Source: Oligoflexia bacterium (GTDB lineage Bacteria > Bdellovibrionota > Bdellovibrionia > JABDDW01). From it: 64,000 nt of DNA. Under the pieces are notes generated by a model. That model was not told where the DNA came from. It searched no databases and saw only the letters and a list, made by a program, of their open reading frames with translations. Location: contig JAYTHU010000062.1 of NCBI GenBank assembly GCA_043732305.1, forward strand, positions 32,001-96,000, in the 5' to 3' direction. This document shows positions 9,787 to 19,737 of the stretch, in pieces (the first letter of the stretch is position 1; each line of letters opens with the position of its first letter). A program made the translations under genes and the position numbers.

Positions 9787-11202
9787 ATGCTTTTCAACTC
9801 ATTTATCTTCATCTTCTGCTTCCTGCCTATAGTTCTTTTAGGATACTACGGCATTCCCAATCGACGGGCGCAGCTCTTCTTTTTACTAGGCTCCAGCATA
9901 TTTTTCTATGCTTTCTGGAGCGCGAAATTAGTCTTCTTTTTACTTTTTACTGTATTTCTCGATTTTTATATCGCGCGAGCAATATTTCAATCGCCAGGAA
10001 AAAGGCGAAAAAAACTGCTGCTAGTTTCATCCATCACCATCAATCTAGGAATTCTTGGCTTTTTTAAGTACTACAACTTGCTCGCTCACACCTTTCATGA
10101 TGTTGGCGGGGTATGGGCCCATCAATCAGGTTTATTTCCGATTTTAAACATTGTTCTTCCAATAGGAATTTCTTTTTACACGTTTCAATCCATGTCTTAT
10201 GTGATTGACGTTTATCGGGGAACATCAAACGCCCATGGCGATCTTCTGCCTTTCGCAGGGTACGTCACACTGTTCCCCCATCAGATTTCAGGCCCACTCG
10301 TTCGACACAACACCATTGTTCCAACTTTACAAAACCCTCAAACTTATAAATTTCATTTTGAAAATTTTTGGCGGGGCTGTTGCTTTTTTATCTTAGGACT
10401 CTCGAAGAAAATTTTGATAGCCGATCTGCTCGCCCTCATAGTGACTCCCCTAGTAAATAACATGGGAGCCGCTTCAAATTTGGAAGCGATCTTCACAATC
10501 CTAGGCTACACGATGCAGCTTTATTTTGATTTTAGCGGGTACTCGGATATGGCGGTGGGTTTAGGCCTGATGATGAACATCCCCTTTCCACAAAACTTTA
10601 ATAGCCCCTATAAGTCTTCGTCGATCACAGAATTTTGGCAGCGCTGGCATATCAGTCTGTCGAGTTGGTTGAGAGATTATCTCTATATTTCGCTCGGCGG
10701 CAATCGCACGGGAAAATGGAAAACATTTCGAAACTTGCTTTTGACCATGATTATTGGCGGCATCTGGCACGGAGCCAACTGGACATTCGCCGTCTGGGGA
10801 TTGTTTCATGGATTTTGGCTGTGCCTGGAACGCTACTTTAAAAGCCGCGGCTGGAATATCATTCCAAATAAATTCGCCAGGTGGACCGTTACTTTTATTC
10901 TCATCAACATTGGCTGGGTGTTTTTCCGCGCCCCCACTTTCTCAGTCGCATTCACCTGGTTGAAAAAGATTTTTCTTCTCACACCCCATTTGACTTGGGA
11001 TTTGAAACTTTTTCCGGAGCGCCACAAAGATAGATTTTTTGTCGCACTCATTGTCGGATTTCTTATTTGTTTTTTGAGCAAGAACACCTGGCAGATTAAA
11101 ATGAAACCAGGTTTTCGGATGGCTCTGATGATCGGATTGCTATTTGCATTAAGTTTAATGTTTATGGGCGATGAATCGCCGTTTTTATACTTTCAGTTTT
11201 AA
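9787..11202 (+). CDS. MBOAT O-acyltransferase (AlgI/DltB family)
   Basis: MLFNS, LPIGISFYTFQ, YFDFSGYSDMA, FWQRWHISLSSWLRDYLY, GIWHGA, PFLYFQF. Confidence 0.95.
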   Translation: MLFNSFIFIFCFLPIVLLGYYGIPNRRAQLFFLLGSSIFFYAFWSAKLVFFLLFTVFLDFYIARAIFQSPGKRRKKLLLVSSITINLGILGFFKYYNLLAHTFHDVGGVWAHQSGLFPILNIVLPIGISFYTFQSMSYVIDVYRGTSNAHGDLLPFAGYVTLFPHQISGPLVRHNTIVPTLQNPQTYKFHFENFWRGCCFFILGLSKKILIADLLALIVTPLVNNMGAASNLEAIFTILGYTMQLYFDFSGYSDMAVGLGLMMNIPFPQNFNSPYKSSSITEFWQRWHISLSSWLRDYLYISLGGNRTGKWKTFRNLLLTMIIGGIWHGANWTFAVWGLFHGFWLCLERYFKSRGWNIIPNKFARWTVTFILINIGWVFFRAPTFSVAFTWLKKIFLLTPHLTWDLKLFPERHKDRFFVALIVGFLICFLSKNTWQIKMKPGFRMALMIGLLFALSLMFMGDESPFLYFQF

Positions 11203-11240
11203 GCGTCAGGACATTGGCATATTTATGTGGGGATACTCTT

Positions 11241-12251
11241 ATGAGTTATAAAAAAAGTTTACTTATTGCAGCTGCCACCACACTTGTTTTGCTAGGCAGC
11301 CTTTCTGCATTTAATTTTCACGTTGATCCTATGTGCTACTATCATTGCGCGGACATTGATCCTCACAAAAAAACCACAAATCACTTTTATGAATTAGGGC
11401 AGATCATCGTCACTCATCCGAACACCGAGGTGATTCTACTAGGTTCGTCACGAGCTCAAACAACGCCCCCACTTTGGATTCAAAAAATTCTCGACCAATC
11501 CACTTTGAATCTGGGCATGGGTGGAGCGGATCTTTACTCTAAACTTGCGGCACTTAACATGGCCCTCGATCACACCCGTGTGAACAAAGTTCTCTGGTTT
11601 GCCGACTATTTTGAGTTCACTCCGGAGATCACGGATATAACGATCAGGACTACTCCCGCAATTCGAAAATACTTAGATGAAGACCCACTAGTTAAAGGTG
11701 CGGTCGCGTGGAAAAGTCCATGGCTTGAAATCTTTGATCACAACACTTTGGAAGCAGCTCTCTATTCGCTGAAAAAAACTCCACCAGATTTGCAAAACCA
11801 AGGCAGCGGAAGTTACTTGGATTATGATCTGTGTGAAGGTCCCCGCTACAAAGGCGAAAAAACTCCGATTGATTTACAAAAAGAAAAAGATTCGGCGTTT
11901 GAACATTACACCAGGCAGATTTTGAATTCTCCGCAGTCAGAAAAAGAATGGGAAGTTTTTGGGAAAGAAATGTGGCGATTGAGTGCCAAATCAATAGAAA
12001 CAAGAATTGTTCTAACACCCTACAATCCCACGTTTTACAAACGTCTGGAAGCAGAATTTCCAGAGCAATTTGAGCGACATCAAGCATGGCGCAAACGCCT
12101 AGGTGCTTTGAAGATTCCGCATGTGCAGGTTTTTGATTTCTTTGGTGGGATTCCTGGCGATGACGAATCCAATAAATTTTGGAATGACGGGGTACATTTC
12201 ACATGCCGGGGCGCTATGAAATTTCTCACCCCGGTACTTAAAACTTTTTAA
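11241..12251 (+). CDS. SGNH-like periplasmic partner of MBOAT (AlgJ/DltD-like)
   Basis: N-terminal TM + VDP, LLGSSR, NLGMGG, WNDGVH (DxxH); ATG at 11241 preferred. Confidence 0.7.
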   Translation: MSYKKSLLIAAATTLVLLGSLSAFNFHVDPMCYYHCADIDPHKKTTNHFYELGQIIVTHPNTEVILLGSSRAQTTPPLWIQKILDQSTLNLGMGGADLYSKLAALNMALDHTRVNKVLWFADYFEFTPEITDITIRTTPAIRKYLDEDPLVKGAVAWKSPWLEIFDHNTLEAALYSLKKTPPDLQNQGSGSYLDYDLCEGPRYKGEKTPIDLQKEKDSAFEHYTRQILNSPQSEKEWEVFGKEMWRLSAKSIETRIVLTPYNPTFYKRLEAEFPEQFERHQAWRKRLGALKIPHVQVFDFFGGIPGDDESNKFWNDGVHFTCRGAMKFLTPVLKTF

Positions 12252-12297
12252 CGCATGAACACCACTAAATTTAAGCCGACTGCGGCCCGCAGCTTAC

Positions 12298-13584
12298 CTA
12301 ATTTAATTGCAATGCGATATCGTGAGCCATCGAAGTTGATTTACCCTGAGTAGCGGCATCGCCAATTCGGGTCATTTCTTCGTAGAGAGCTTTTTCACTA
12401 GGGGCAGCGTTGGCTGCCAAAATAGCTGGTGCCACCTGAGCGAATGCTTTCACTGCGACGTCCAAATCCTTTTCAGTATGCGTCGGCATAACCGAGCAAC
12501 GAATCAGAGCTTGACCACGAGGAACAGCTGGATAAACAACTGGAGTGGTGAAAATTCCAAGTTTCAACAATGTCTGGCAAACACCAAGACATACAGAATC
12601 ATCGCCAACAAATACGGGAATGATTGTGGTGGGAGATCCCATGGTGTTTATACCTAATTTATGTAAACCATTTTTGAAATAAGTGGCATTTGCAGATGCT
12701 TTTTTCACACGCTCAGGTTCTTCAATTAAAATTTCCAAAGCCTTCAAAGCAGCAGCAGTGCTTCCGGGAGCTAAAGCAGCAGAGAACATGAAGGAGCGGG
12801 CATTGTGTCTGAGCCAATCAATAAGTTCAGCAGTTCCAGCAACGAATCCGCCTTGGCTGGCCATAGATTTTGAGAAAGTTCCCATAATCACGTCGGCGGT
12901 TAAACCAAACATGTTGGCTGTTCCACGCCCACCTTTTCCGACAACTCCCAAACCGTGAGCGTCATCAATGAAAGTGCGTGCGCTATATTTCTTGGCCAGT
13001 GCATAAATCACGTCATATTGAGCAGTTTTACCAGTCATGCTGAAAACACCATCTGTGACGATGAGTTTACCGGCATCATAGGGTACAGAGGCCAAAAGCT
13101 CTTCCAAATGCTCAACATCATTGTGACGATAAACTAAGGTTTTAGCGTCAGAAGCTTTACAACCTTCAATGATGCAGGCGTGATTTTCACTATCACTGAA
13201 AATGAAGTCACCTTTACCGGCGAGAGCGGGAATAGATCCCAAATTGGCCAAAAATCCGGAAGCAAAAACAATTGTCGCTTCAGTTCCAAGAAATTCTGCA
13301 AGTTTACTTTCAAGCGATTCATGCAAGGTGAGATTGCCATTCAGAAAACGAGATCCCGTGCAACCGGTACCCCAAAATTTCACAGCCTCAACAGCTGCAT
13401 CTATCACGCGAGCATCATGTGTCAGTCCCAAATAATTATTGGAACTCATCATGACTAAGTTTTTTCCGTTGTGAGTGACGTTGTTGCCGATACTTCCTTC
13501 AAGTGTCCTGAAAAAGGGGTAAAGGTTGGCCTGTCTGACCATATTTACTAAGTTGAGACCTTGAAGTTTGGTGAATAATTCCAT
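12298..13584 (-). CDS. spt: Serine palmitoyltransferase (alpha-oxoamine synthase family)
   Basis: YPFFR, SNNYLGL, GCTGSRFLNG, NHAC, DDAHG, GTFSKS (PLP Lys); adjacent to ceramide synthase-like gene. Confidence 0.85.
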   Translation of the reverse strand: MELFTKLQGLNLVNMVRQANLYPFFRTLEGSIGNNVTHNGKNLVMMSSNNYLGLTHDARVIDAAVEAVKFWGTGCTGSRFLNGNLTLHESLESKLAEFLGTEATIVFASGFLANLGSIPALAGKGDFIFSDSENHACIIEGCKASDAKTLVYRHNDVEHLEELLASVPYDAGKLIVTDGVFSMTGKTAQYDVIYALAKKYSARTFIDDAHGLGVVGKGGRGTANMFGLTADVIMGTFSKSMASQGGFVAGTAELIDWLRHNARSFMFSAALAPGSTAAALKALEILIEEPERVKKASANATYFKNGLHKLGINTMGSPTTIIPVFVGDDSVCLGVCQTLLKLGIFTTPVVYPAVPRGQALIRCSVMPTHTEKDLDVAVKAFAQVAPAILAANAAPSEKALYEEMTRIGDAATQGKSTSMAHDIALQLN

Positions 13585-13676
13585 AAAAAAACACCCTCCG
13601 CTATAGGTGAAATTTAATTAGTTCTTAATAAAACCGAGATATTAGAAATACATCAGCTTAATGCCGCGCACAACCA

Positions 13677-14837
13677 CTAATTGATGCTGCACTGGATCGG
13701 TTCTTTTTTATACACTCGATAAACTTTATTCTGTTTTCCGCCCATAGCCTTGGACAGATCGTTCATAGGACCGTTATTAGCTAAAACCCAAGAGATTTCA
13801 CCTGTTTCGTAGGGAAGACCTCCGCAGACTCGAAACATTTCCCGAGTCAAAGCACTACCAATCCCACTCTTTTGATATTTCTTTAAAACTCCCAAAGCAT
13901 AGCCCCGAATTTTATCAGTGGTTTTAGCACGCCCAAAGTATCTCACCAAAAGTCCCAGATTAAGTTTTCCGCGACTCGGCTTGATCAGGTGGTTATAATC
14001 AGGAATCATAATAAGACAGCCAATTTCTTTGCCTTCGTGTAAGGCAAATATAACTACTCGAGGATCGACGAAAAACTTAAACATAAGCACCATTTCGTCA
14101 ATTTGGGCCTCTAAAAATTCTTCAAAGCCCCAATTTTCACTTAAAGCTTCATTAAAAATACCGGCGATAATGCGAGATTCCTGACGTAGTTTTTTCCCAT
14201 TCATCGCCCGAAAAGTCACACCAATTTGCTTGGCTTTTTCTGCATTTTCAATCATCAACTGTGGCAAACCTTCAGACTTAATCATCTGATATGTGAAGAG
14301 GTCCATGGCTTTTTCCATGCCTGTTTGTTTCAAAATCTGATCATACTCCTGATGATTATAAGTCATCATAAAATAAGGGTCCAAATCGAAACCTTCCACC
14401 AAGGTGCCAATGTATGGATCTTCTTGTCGAAACTGAAAGGGCCCCATCATCTCAAGTGAAGGATAAAGGCTATGCGCTTTGTTGATCAATGCTTGAGCCG
14501 CTTCAGGAGACTTAGGATCACACTCAAAGAATCCAAAGTGAAGTCTGGTTTCTTTTTCAACTGTATGAGTCTTCACTGCTAAACGCGCTACTGGCTCGTT
14601 GTCTTTATAAGCAATAAAAGCATGTTTCTGTCCCTGCCCTATCTTCCCAAGCATCATTTTAATATGAGCTTCGAGTGGCATAACGTAATGAGTTTTAGGA
14701 TCAATATAGATTTTTCGAGGAAGTTCTAAAAACGTCTTTAAATCTTTCTTAGTTTCAACTTCTTTGATTTGAATGGCATTTAAAGCTGAAGCGATATCAC
14801 GAGATGTTACGGGCAACTCTTGTGAATTAGAATTCAT
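13677..14837 (-). CDS. Bacterial ceramide synthase-like GNAT protein (bCerS)
   Basis: FGFFEC, GPF..GTLVEGFD..PYFMMTYN, NWGF, LGVLKKYQKSGIG, EISWVLANN..M; ATG at 14837 has AAGGAAG SD; directly upstream of spt. Confidence 0.75.
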   Translation of the reverse strand: MNSNSQELPVTSRDIASALNAIQIKEVETKKDLKTFLELPRKIYIDPKTHYVMPLEAHIKMMLGKIGQGQKHAFIAYKDNEPVARLAVKTHTVEKETRLHFGFFECDPKSPEAAQALINKAHSLYPSLEMMGPFQFRQEDPYIGTLVEGFDLDPYFMMTYNHQEYDQILKQTGMEKAMDLFTYQMIKSEGLPQLMIENAEKAKQIGVTFRAMNGKKLRQESRIIAGIFNEALSENWGFEEFLEAQIDEMVLMFKFFVDPRVVIFALHEGKEIGCLIMIPDYNHLIKPSRGKLNLGLLVRYFGRAKTTDKIRGYALGVLKKYQKSGIGSALTREMFRVCGGLPYETGEISWVLANNGPMNDLSKAMGGKQNKVYRVYKKEPIQCSIN

Positions 14838-14875
14838 TTGATCTTCCTTTACGGTATTTAAATACGGCCAGATGG

Positions 14876-14903
14876 ATAATAGGCAACCCACATCATTTGT
14901 CAA
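14876..14903 (-). promoter_or_regulatory. Putative sigma-70 promoter of cerS-spt
   Basis: TTGACA-N16-TATTAT on minus strand. Confidence 0.5.
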
Positions 14904-15012
14904 GAAGGTGAAACACCTAGTTATTATTTCATTCCTGTAAATTTCCAATCTATCTAGAATCACTTTAAACGCAGCTGGTTGGGTTTGAGCAAGCTTCAAT
15001 AGTGACAAATTT

Positions 15013-15028
15013 TGGCACAAAAGTAGCA
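15013..15028 (+). promoter_or_regulatory. Sigma-54 promoter of OM barrel gene
   Basis: TGGCACAAAAGTAGCA = TGGCAC-N5-TAGC. Confidence 0.6.
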
Positions 15029-15075
15029 ATAGGCGTTATATAGAAACTTAGAAACCTTTTAAGGAGGATCTCCGA

Positions 15076-15993
15076 ATGAAAATTCAAATCGCGATTTTAG
15101 CTGGTCTTTGCCTAATGGCATCATCAGTCTATGCGCAAACAGCATCAACTTCAGATGCGAGCACGTCGTCTACTAAACTTCAGGGACAAACTCCTTCTGC
15201 AGCAAAGAGAAAAAATATCGACGAAGAAATCACTAATAATCTTTTGCGTGCGTCTACTGGTGCAAAGTCTTTGTTGTCTTTACAAAGTACTTTCAATTAC
15301 AACGGATCTTCCATCCAAAATCCCACTGGACAAACTCGCCCCCAAATCAATCCTGCACAACCTCAACTTCCAGTTGAATTCACCGGCGGAATCGCCGCCA
15401 AATATAGATTGTCAGATCATGATAATTTAAGTGCGGGGATCAATTTCGGTTGGCTTGCTCCGGGACGAGAAATTCAGAGTTTCCAAGTTGAAGATCCAAA
15501 TATCACCTATTCAAGACCTTTCAAAGCTGGGGCTTTCCAAAACGTTTTTGAAGCTGTCCTGACAAAATATACTTCTGCTGCATTCTCCATTAATCGCAAT
15601 GACAACTATCAAGTGGATGTGGATCACACCATTTTGTATGAAGTTGCCAAGACTCATTTGCAAATCGGATTGAACATTGCTTATACAAGAGACACCTATA
15701 AAGGGATGTTAGGCTCGGGAAGTGGTCAGCCAGTCGACGATTTGAACGCGTACCCTTATATCGAATATGCCTTCAATCCAACTTTGAATTTCAGAACCGT
15801 TTTCAGAGGTTTTGGATACTACAATACTCTACAAGATTCTGGAACTTTCTATCACGAGACAGCGACCCAATCTGCTGGCTTAGGAATAGCTGTGACCAGA
15901 GATATCTTTCTCTATCCAAATCTACAATGGATTTGGGTGGCAATGTCGACTGCACAATCCAACGTGGCATTGGCGGCATACATCAATTTGTAA
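15076..15993 (+). CDS. Outer-membrane beta-barrel protein
   Basis: Signal peptide (VYA), alternating amphipathic beta strands rich in Y/F, C-terminal strand AAYINL; AAGGAGG SD. Confidence 0.7.
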   Translation: MKIQIAILAGLCLMASSVYAQTASTSDASTSSTKLQGQTPSAAKRKNIDEEITNNLLRASTGAKSLLSLQSTFNYNGSSIQNPTGQTRPQINPAQPQLPVEFTGGIAAKYRLSDHDNLSAGINFGWLAPGREIQSFQVEDPNITYSRPFKAGAFQNVFEAVLTKYTSAAFSINRNDNYQVDVDHTILYEVAKTHLQIGLNIAYTRDTYKGMLGSGSGQPVDDLNAYPYIEYAFNPTLNFRTVFRGFGYYNTLQDSGTFYHETATQSAGLGIAVTRDIFLYPNLQWIWVAMSTAQSNVALAAYINL

Positions 15994-16030
15994 TATGATT
16001 TTGATTTGATTTAAAAGGATGAACAACACT

Positions 16031-16063
16031 AAGGCTGCCATGATGGTGGCCTTTTTTATTTTT
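16031..16063 (+). terminator. Rho-independent terminator
   Basis: AAGGCTGCCA-TGA-TGGTGGCCTT followed by T run. Confidence 0.75.
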
Positions 16064-16082
16064 CCAATGTTATCGTAAGTTC

Positions 16083-17282
16083 ATGAAAAACAAATGGACC
16101 GTGCTTGCCGCATACTCTTTAGTCGCAGCCCTCAGTCAATATCTCTGGCTTGAGTTCGCGCCGATTCTTTCACTCATCGAAAAAAAATATAATGTCACCG
16201 AGAGCACCGCAAGTCTCTTGGTTTTGGTTTTCCCGTTGATCTATGTTTTCCTATCTATACCTGCGGGAATTATCATTGATAAAAAAGGGTACCGCTTTGG
16301 TGTGGGAGTGGGCTGCGCTATCATGCTCGCCTTTTCTTGTCTAAGGATTTTCGACGGACATTTTTATGTTTTGTTGATCGCACAAATTGGAATTGCGGTG
16401 GCGCAACCCTTTGTCATCAACGGGATCACAAAAGTAGTTTTTGATTGGTTCGAAGGAGAACAAACCGCGATGGCCACCGGTCTTGCCACTGTGGGGATGT
16501 TCGTGGGCATGGCGGCAGGTATGGCACTGGCTCCTGCAATGGTTGAAACATTTAGCTTTCGTCAAACAATGATCGTCGATGCATTCGGCACTCTCTGGTT
16601 TTGCCTGGCATTTTATTTCTTAGTGCATCCTAATCCAAATTCTAAATCCGTTGTTTCTGTATTGGGAGTTCAAGACAAGTACGAATTTATAAATGGACTC
16701 AAAAGTTTACTGCGCAATAGGAATGTCATGATTCTCTTTGTGCTCTCGTTTCTCGGCCTAGGCTACTTCAACGGTCTAACCACTTGGATAGAACCTATCC
16801 TTGCACCTCAGGGAATAAATTCTGTGCAAGCGGGAATCATCGGCGGAGTTCTCATTCTGGGTGGAATTATTGGTGCGGGTTTGGTTCCAGCAATTTCGGA
16901 CATGATCAAAAAAAGGAAAATTTTATTGGTTATATGTTTATTTCTGACATCACTGACATTGTTTCCCCTATGCCGAAGTCGTGGATTGGGAATTGTCTGC
17001 GTGCTTGCGGCCATCCAAGGATTTACTTTTCTGCCGGCGTTCTCTCTACTTTTAGAAATGTGCGCCGAGATCGTCGGAGAAAAAATTGCAGGATTTGCTA
17101 CCGGAATTTTAATGCTCGCTGGAAATGCTGGCGGAGTCATTGTTGCTTTGGCAATGGAATGGATCAAGGGCCCGGGACCAAGTTTTCTCTACGCGATTTT
17201 CTTGCTCGAAGGGATAATCATCTTGAGTTTTATTTTAAGTCTTTTTGTTCCCGAAACTTACAAATTTAAATTCATCAAATGA
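16083..17282 (+). CDS. MFS transporter (FLVCR/SLC49-like)
   Basis: About 12 TM helices; KWTVL..SQYLWLEFAPI start; GIIIDKKGYR motif A; ISDMIKKRK. Confidence 0.85.
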   Translation: MKNKWTVLAAYSLVAALSQYLWLEFAPILSLIEKKYNVTESTASLLVLVFPLIYVFLSIPAGIIIDKKGYRFGVGVGCAIMLAFSCLRIFDGHFYVLLIAQIGIAVAQPFVINGITKVVFDWFEGEQTAMATGLATVGMFVGMAAGMALAPAMVETFSFRQTMIVDAFGTLWFCLAFYFLVHPNPNSKSVVSVLGVQDKYEFINGLKSLLRNRNVMILFVLSFLGLGYFNGLTTWIEPILAPQGINSVQAGIIGGVLILGGIIGAGLVPAISDMIKKRKILLVICLFLTSLTLFPLCRSRGLGIVCVLAAIQGFTFLPAFSLLLEMCAEIVGEKIAGFATGILMLAGNAGGVIVALAMEWIKGPGPSFLYAIFLLEGIIILSFILSLFVPETYKFKFIK

Positions 17283-17878
17283 AACGGCTCACTCGCATCA
17301 TTCTGTCGATTTATCTCTACAATGAATACCAAGGTTACACTCAGCTCAAAAAGTTAAGAGACTCATTCAAATCGAAATTCCCAGCAGATATAGAAATGCT
17401 TGATTCAATTTCTAAACACGCCAATGATGAGAAAAAACACCATCTCATGTTTCAAAATTATTTTAATAAGATGGAAGTAAATCCACTTCCGATCGACTCA
17501 AAACTTGGTTACATTGATCAGTTAGTTTTAAGGATTTTTGGAAAACCTATTGTTGACCTAGATCAAAGTGAGTTGCTTGAAACCAAAGAAAAATTCCATA
17601 CACTTCTGCGAACAATCATGATCACTGAGGAGCGCGGTTTGAAACAGGTTGAATGGTTATTGTCTCAAAAATTCGTGCGTAACGATCGCTTGCTGCACGG
17701 CATATTCGCCGTCATTCACAGAGATGAACCATCACACTTCATGCCTTATAAAAAATATTTAGAGGACCAAAGCGCGGAACTTGTAAGTTTTAGAGAACGA
17801 TTCGCCGACTTCCGCGTTCACTACTACATGGTTTTATTTCAAGTGCCAAAGCTGTATCTAAAATCTTTTATAAGTTAA
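17279..17878 (+). CDS. Ferritin-like di-iron four-helix protein
   Basis: E..(YNEYQG)/DEKKH and E..(TEERG)/DEPSH ligand pattern; ATGA overlap with MFS gene. Confidence 0.75.
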   Translation: MKRLTRIILSIYLYNEYQGYTQLKKLRDSFKSKFPADIEMLDSISKHANDEKKHHLMFQNYFNKMEVNPLPIDSKLGYIDQLVLRIFGKPIVDLDQSELLETKEKFHTLLRTIMITEERGLKQVEWLLSQKFVRNDRLLHGIFAVIHRDEPSHFMPYKKYLEDQSAELVSFRERFADFRVHYYMVLFQVPKLYLKSFIS

Positions 17879-17899
17879 TGTTTGATTGATAACTCAACT

Positions 17900-18301
17900 T
17901 CAGTCCCAATTCTTACTTCGTGATTTTTTAATATCACCACGGTGTGATTTACCATCGAGCTTTCTTTCTTTGGAAGCTCGAGTGGGTCGGGTGGCTTTGC
18001 GCTTTTTTGGCTTATGAAAAGCAGAAGTGAGAAGACCTCGCAATTTTTCAAGGCAGCGATCTTTATTTCTAACTAAATCTCTAAATTCATCGCTACGAAC
18101 AAAAACTTGTTCCTCTTTATTGATCACTGATTCGAGTTTAGTCCGAATCAAATATTTCTGTGCATCAGTCAAGGCCGGTGAAAAAGTATAGCTCCAATAA
18201 AGAACGGCAGCGGAGGAAACTTTGTTAACGTTCTGCCCGCCGGGACCTCGACTTCTCACGGCCACAAACTTGACTTCATTTTTGATTTTTTCGAAATCCA
18301 T
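17900..18301 (-). CDS. arfB: Alternative ribosome-rescue peptidyl-tRNA hydrolase
   Basis: RSRGPGGQNVNKVSS; basic tail KPKKRKATRPT. Confidence 0.92.
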   Translation of the reverse strand: MDFEKIKNEVKFVAVRSRGPGGQNVNKVSSAAVLYWSYTFSPALTDAQKYLIRTKLESVINKEEQVFVRSDEFRDLVRNKDRCLEKLRGLLTSAFHKPKKRKATRPTRASKERKLDGKSHRGDIKKSRSKNWD

Positions 18302-18375
18302 AGAATCAACTCTACCATAAATGAACTGAGTTTGCAGCCCTTGCGAATCCACTTCATTTATGGAATATTCCGGTC

Positions 18376-19239
18376 GTGATTCACCCTCTATTTGAGATCG
18401 TAAAAACTTCCACCGGCGCCATAAGCATCTTGAATAAAGCTGTCGGGGAAATCATGCATAATCCTGTGGGACCTTGGCTCGAGGCCAACGGACTTTACAT
18501 TGAACAGTCTGGTCTAAAAGAAATCCTCGCGCTCAAAGAAGACGAGCTGGTGATTTTTGATGTGGGGCTTGGAGCTGCGGCTAACTCTCTTGCGGTTTTG
18601 CATGCGGCAAAAAACTCTAATCGAAAACTAAGACTTGTGAGTTTTGAAGTGGACCTGACACTTCTTGAATTCGCGTTAGAAAATTCCGCTCAATTTGACC
18701 ATTTCTTTGGGTTTGAAAGTGCCATCGCCGAACTTTTACAAAATAGAATTTGGAAAAGCGAAATAATCACTTGGGAACTTCGACATGGTGATTTTTTAGA
18801 TTTGATTTCACAAGAACAAAATTTAGCCGATCTCATTTTCTACGATCCTTACTCCCCCAAGATGAACAAAGACATGTGGACACTCGCCTGCTTTAAAAAG
18901 CTACGGGCAAAATGTAAAGACTCGTCAGAAAATCAAAACGCTAAACTCTTCACCTATAGCCGTGCAACACCTATCCGCTCGGCACTCCTAGCTGCAGGTT
19001 TTTTTGTTGGTTCAGGAATCGCCACGGGGCTTAAAAATGAAACAACGCAAGCGACCACTCGGTTGGAAGATTTGAGTTCTCCACTTGGAGAACGTTGGCT
19101 TAAACGCTGGAACAATTCCAGTACGCGTTTCCCCTTCGATTGCACAAGCGAGAATGAAGCATTTCTAACGCAGACAATTTTAGGTCACATTCAGTTTAAA
19201 AATTTAAACGAAAGCACAAAGGCAACAGTCAATGAGTGA
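18376..19239 (+). CDS. MnmC/MnmD-type SAM methyltransferase (stand-alone)
   Basis: EIMH..GPW.EA..LYI, DVGLGAAAN, FYDPYSPKMN..MW, TYS..T.IR.ALL.AGF. Confidence 0.8.
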   Translation: MIHPLFEIVKTSTGAISILNKAVGEIMHNPVGPWLEANGLYIEQSGLKEILALKEDELVIFDVGLGAAANSLAVLHAAKNSNRKLRLVSFEVDLTLLEFALENSAQFDHFFGFESAIAELLQNRIWKSEIITWELRHGDFLDLISQEQNLADLIFYDPYSPKMNKDMWTLACFKKLRAKCKDSSENQNAKLFTYSRATPIRSALLAAGFFVGSGIATGLKNETTQATTRLEDLSSPLGERWLKRWNNSSTRFPFDCTSENEAFLTQTILGHIQFKNLNESTKATVNE

Positions 19240-19603
19240 CAACTCTCGTTTAGTCTATTCCACTGACTCATCTAAAAAAGAAAAATGCCCAAAATGCAAA
19301 GAACTTTTATCTGAATGCACATGCGAGAAAGCCGACGGCCTAGCGAGAAAAAGTGGATATAAGTTTGTTGCGAAGCTGAGAATGGAAAAATCAGGTCGCA
19401 ATGGAAAAATCGTGACGGTTATTGATGAGCTGCCGAAACAAGAAATATTTTTGCGAGATTTGACCACCGAACTCAAAAAGAAATGTGGGTCTGGCGGAAC
19501 GTACTTAACTAGTGGCAAAGAAGGCGTCATCGAAATCCAAGGTGACAAGCGAGACATGATCAGGACCATCTTCACAAAAAAGGGCTATAATTTTAAAGGA
19601 TAA
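19232..19603 (+). CDS. yciH: SUI1-family translation factor
   Basis: LVYSTD, GRNGKIVT, LKKKCGSGGT, IEIQGD. Confidence 0.92.
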   Translation: MSDNSRLVYSTDSSKKEKCPKCKELLSECTCEKADGLARKSGYKFVAKLRMEKSGRNGKIVTVIDELPKQEIFLRDLTTELKKKCGSGGTYLTSGKEGVIEIQGDKRDMIRTIFTKKGYNFKG

Positions 19604-19682
19604 ACCTTGGCAAGCTCAAACTCGTCCTATCGATATACTAAAAGTAATCTTAAGCCATCGAAACGACTAACTTATTAGGCCT

Positions 19683-19709
19683 TAAGCTCCTAGCCCCCCT
19701 GTCCGATAG
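19683..19709 (+). promoter_or_regulatory. Sigma-28 (FliA)-type promoter
   Basis: TAAG-N15-TCCGATAG upstream of PA14 lipoprotein. Confidence 0.55.
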
Positions 19710-19737
19710 AGTGATTGACTAAGGTCGGGGGTAATTT

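Noticed and set aside
12298..13584. BioF/KBL annotation
   Set aside because: YPFFR and GCTGSRFLNG motifs plus the adjacent bCerS-like gene favour SPT; no bio or tdh genes nearby.
14838..15029. 64-aa N-terminal extension of the ceramide synthase ORF
   Set aside because: Starts at TTG without SD and spans promoter sequences; ATG 14837 has a good SD.
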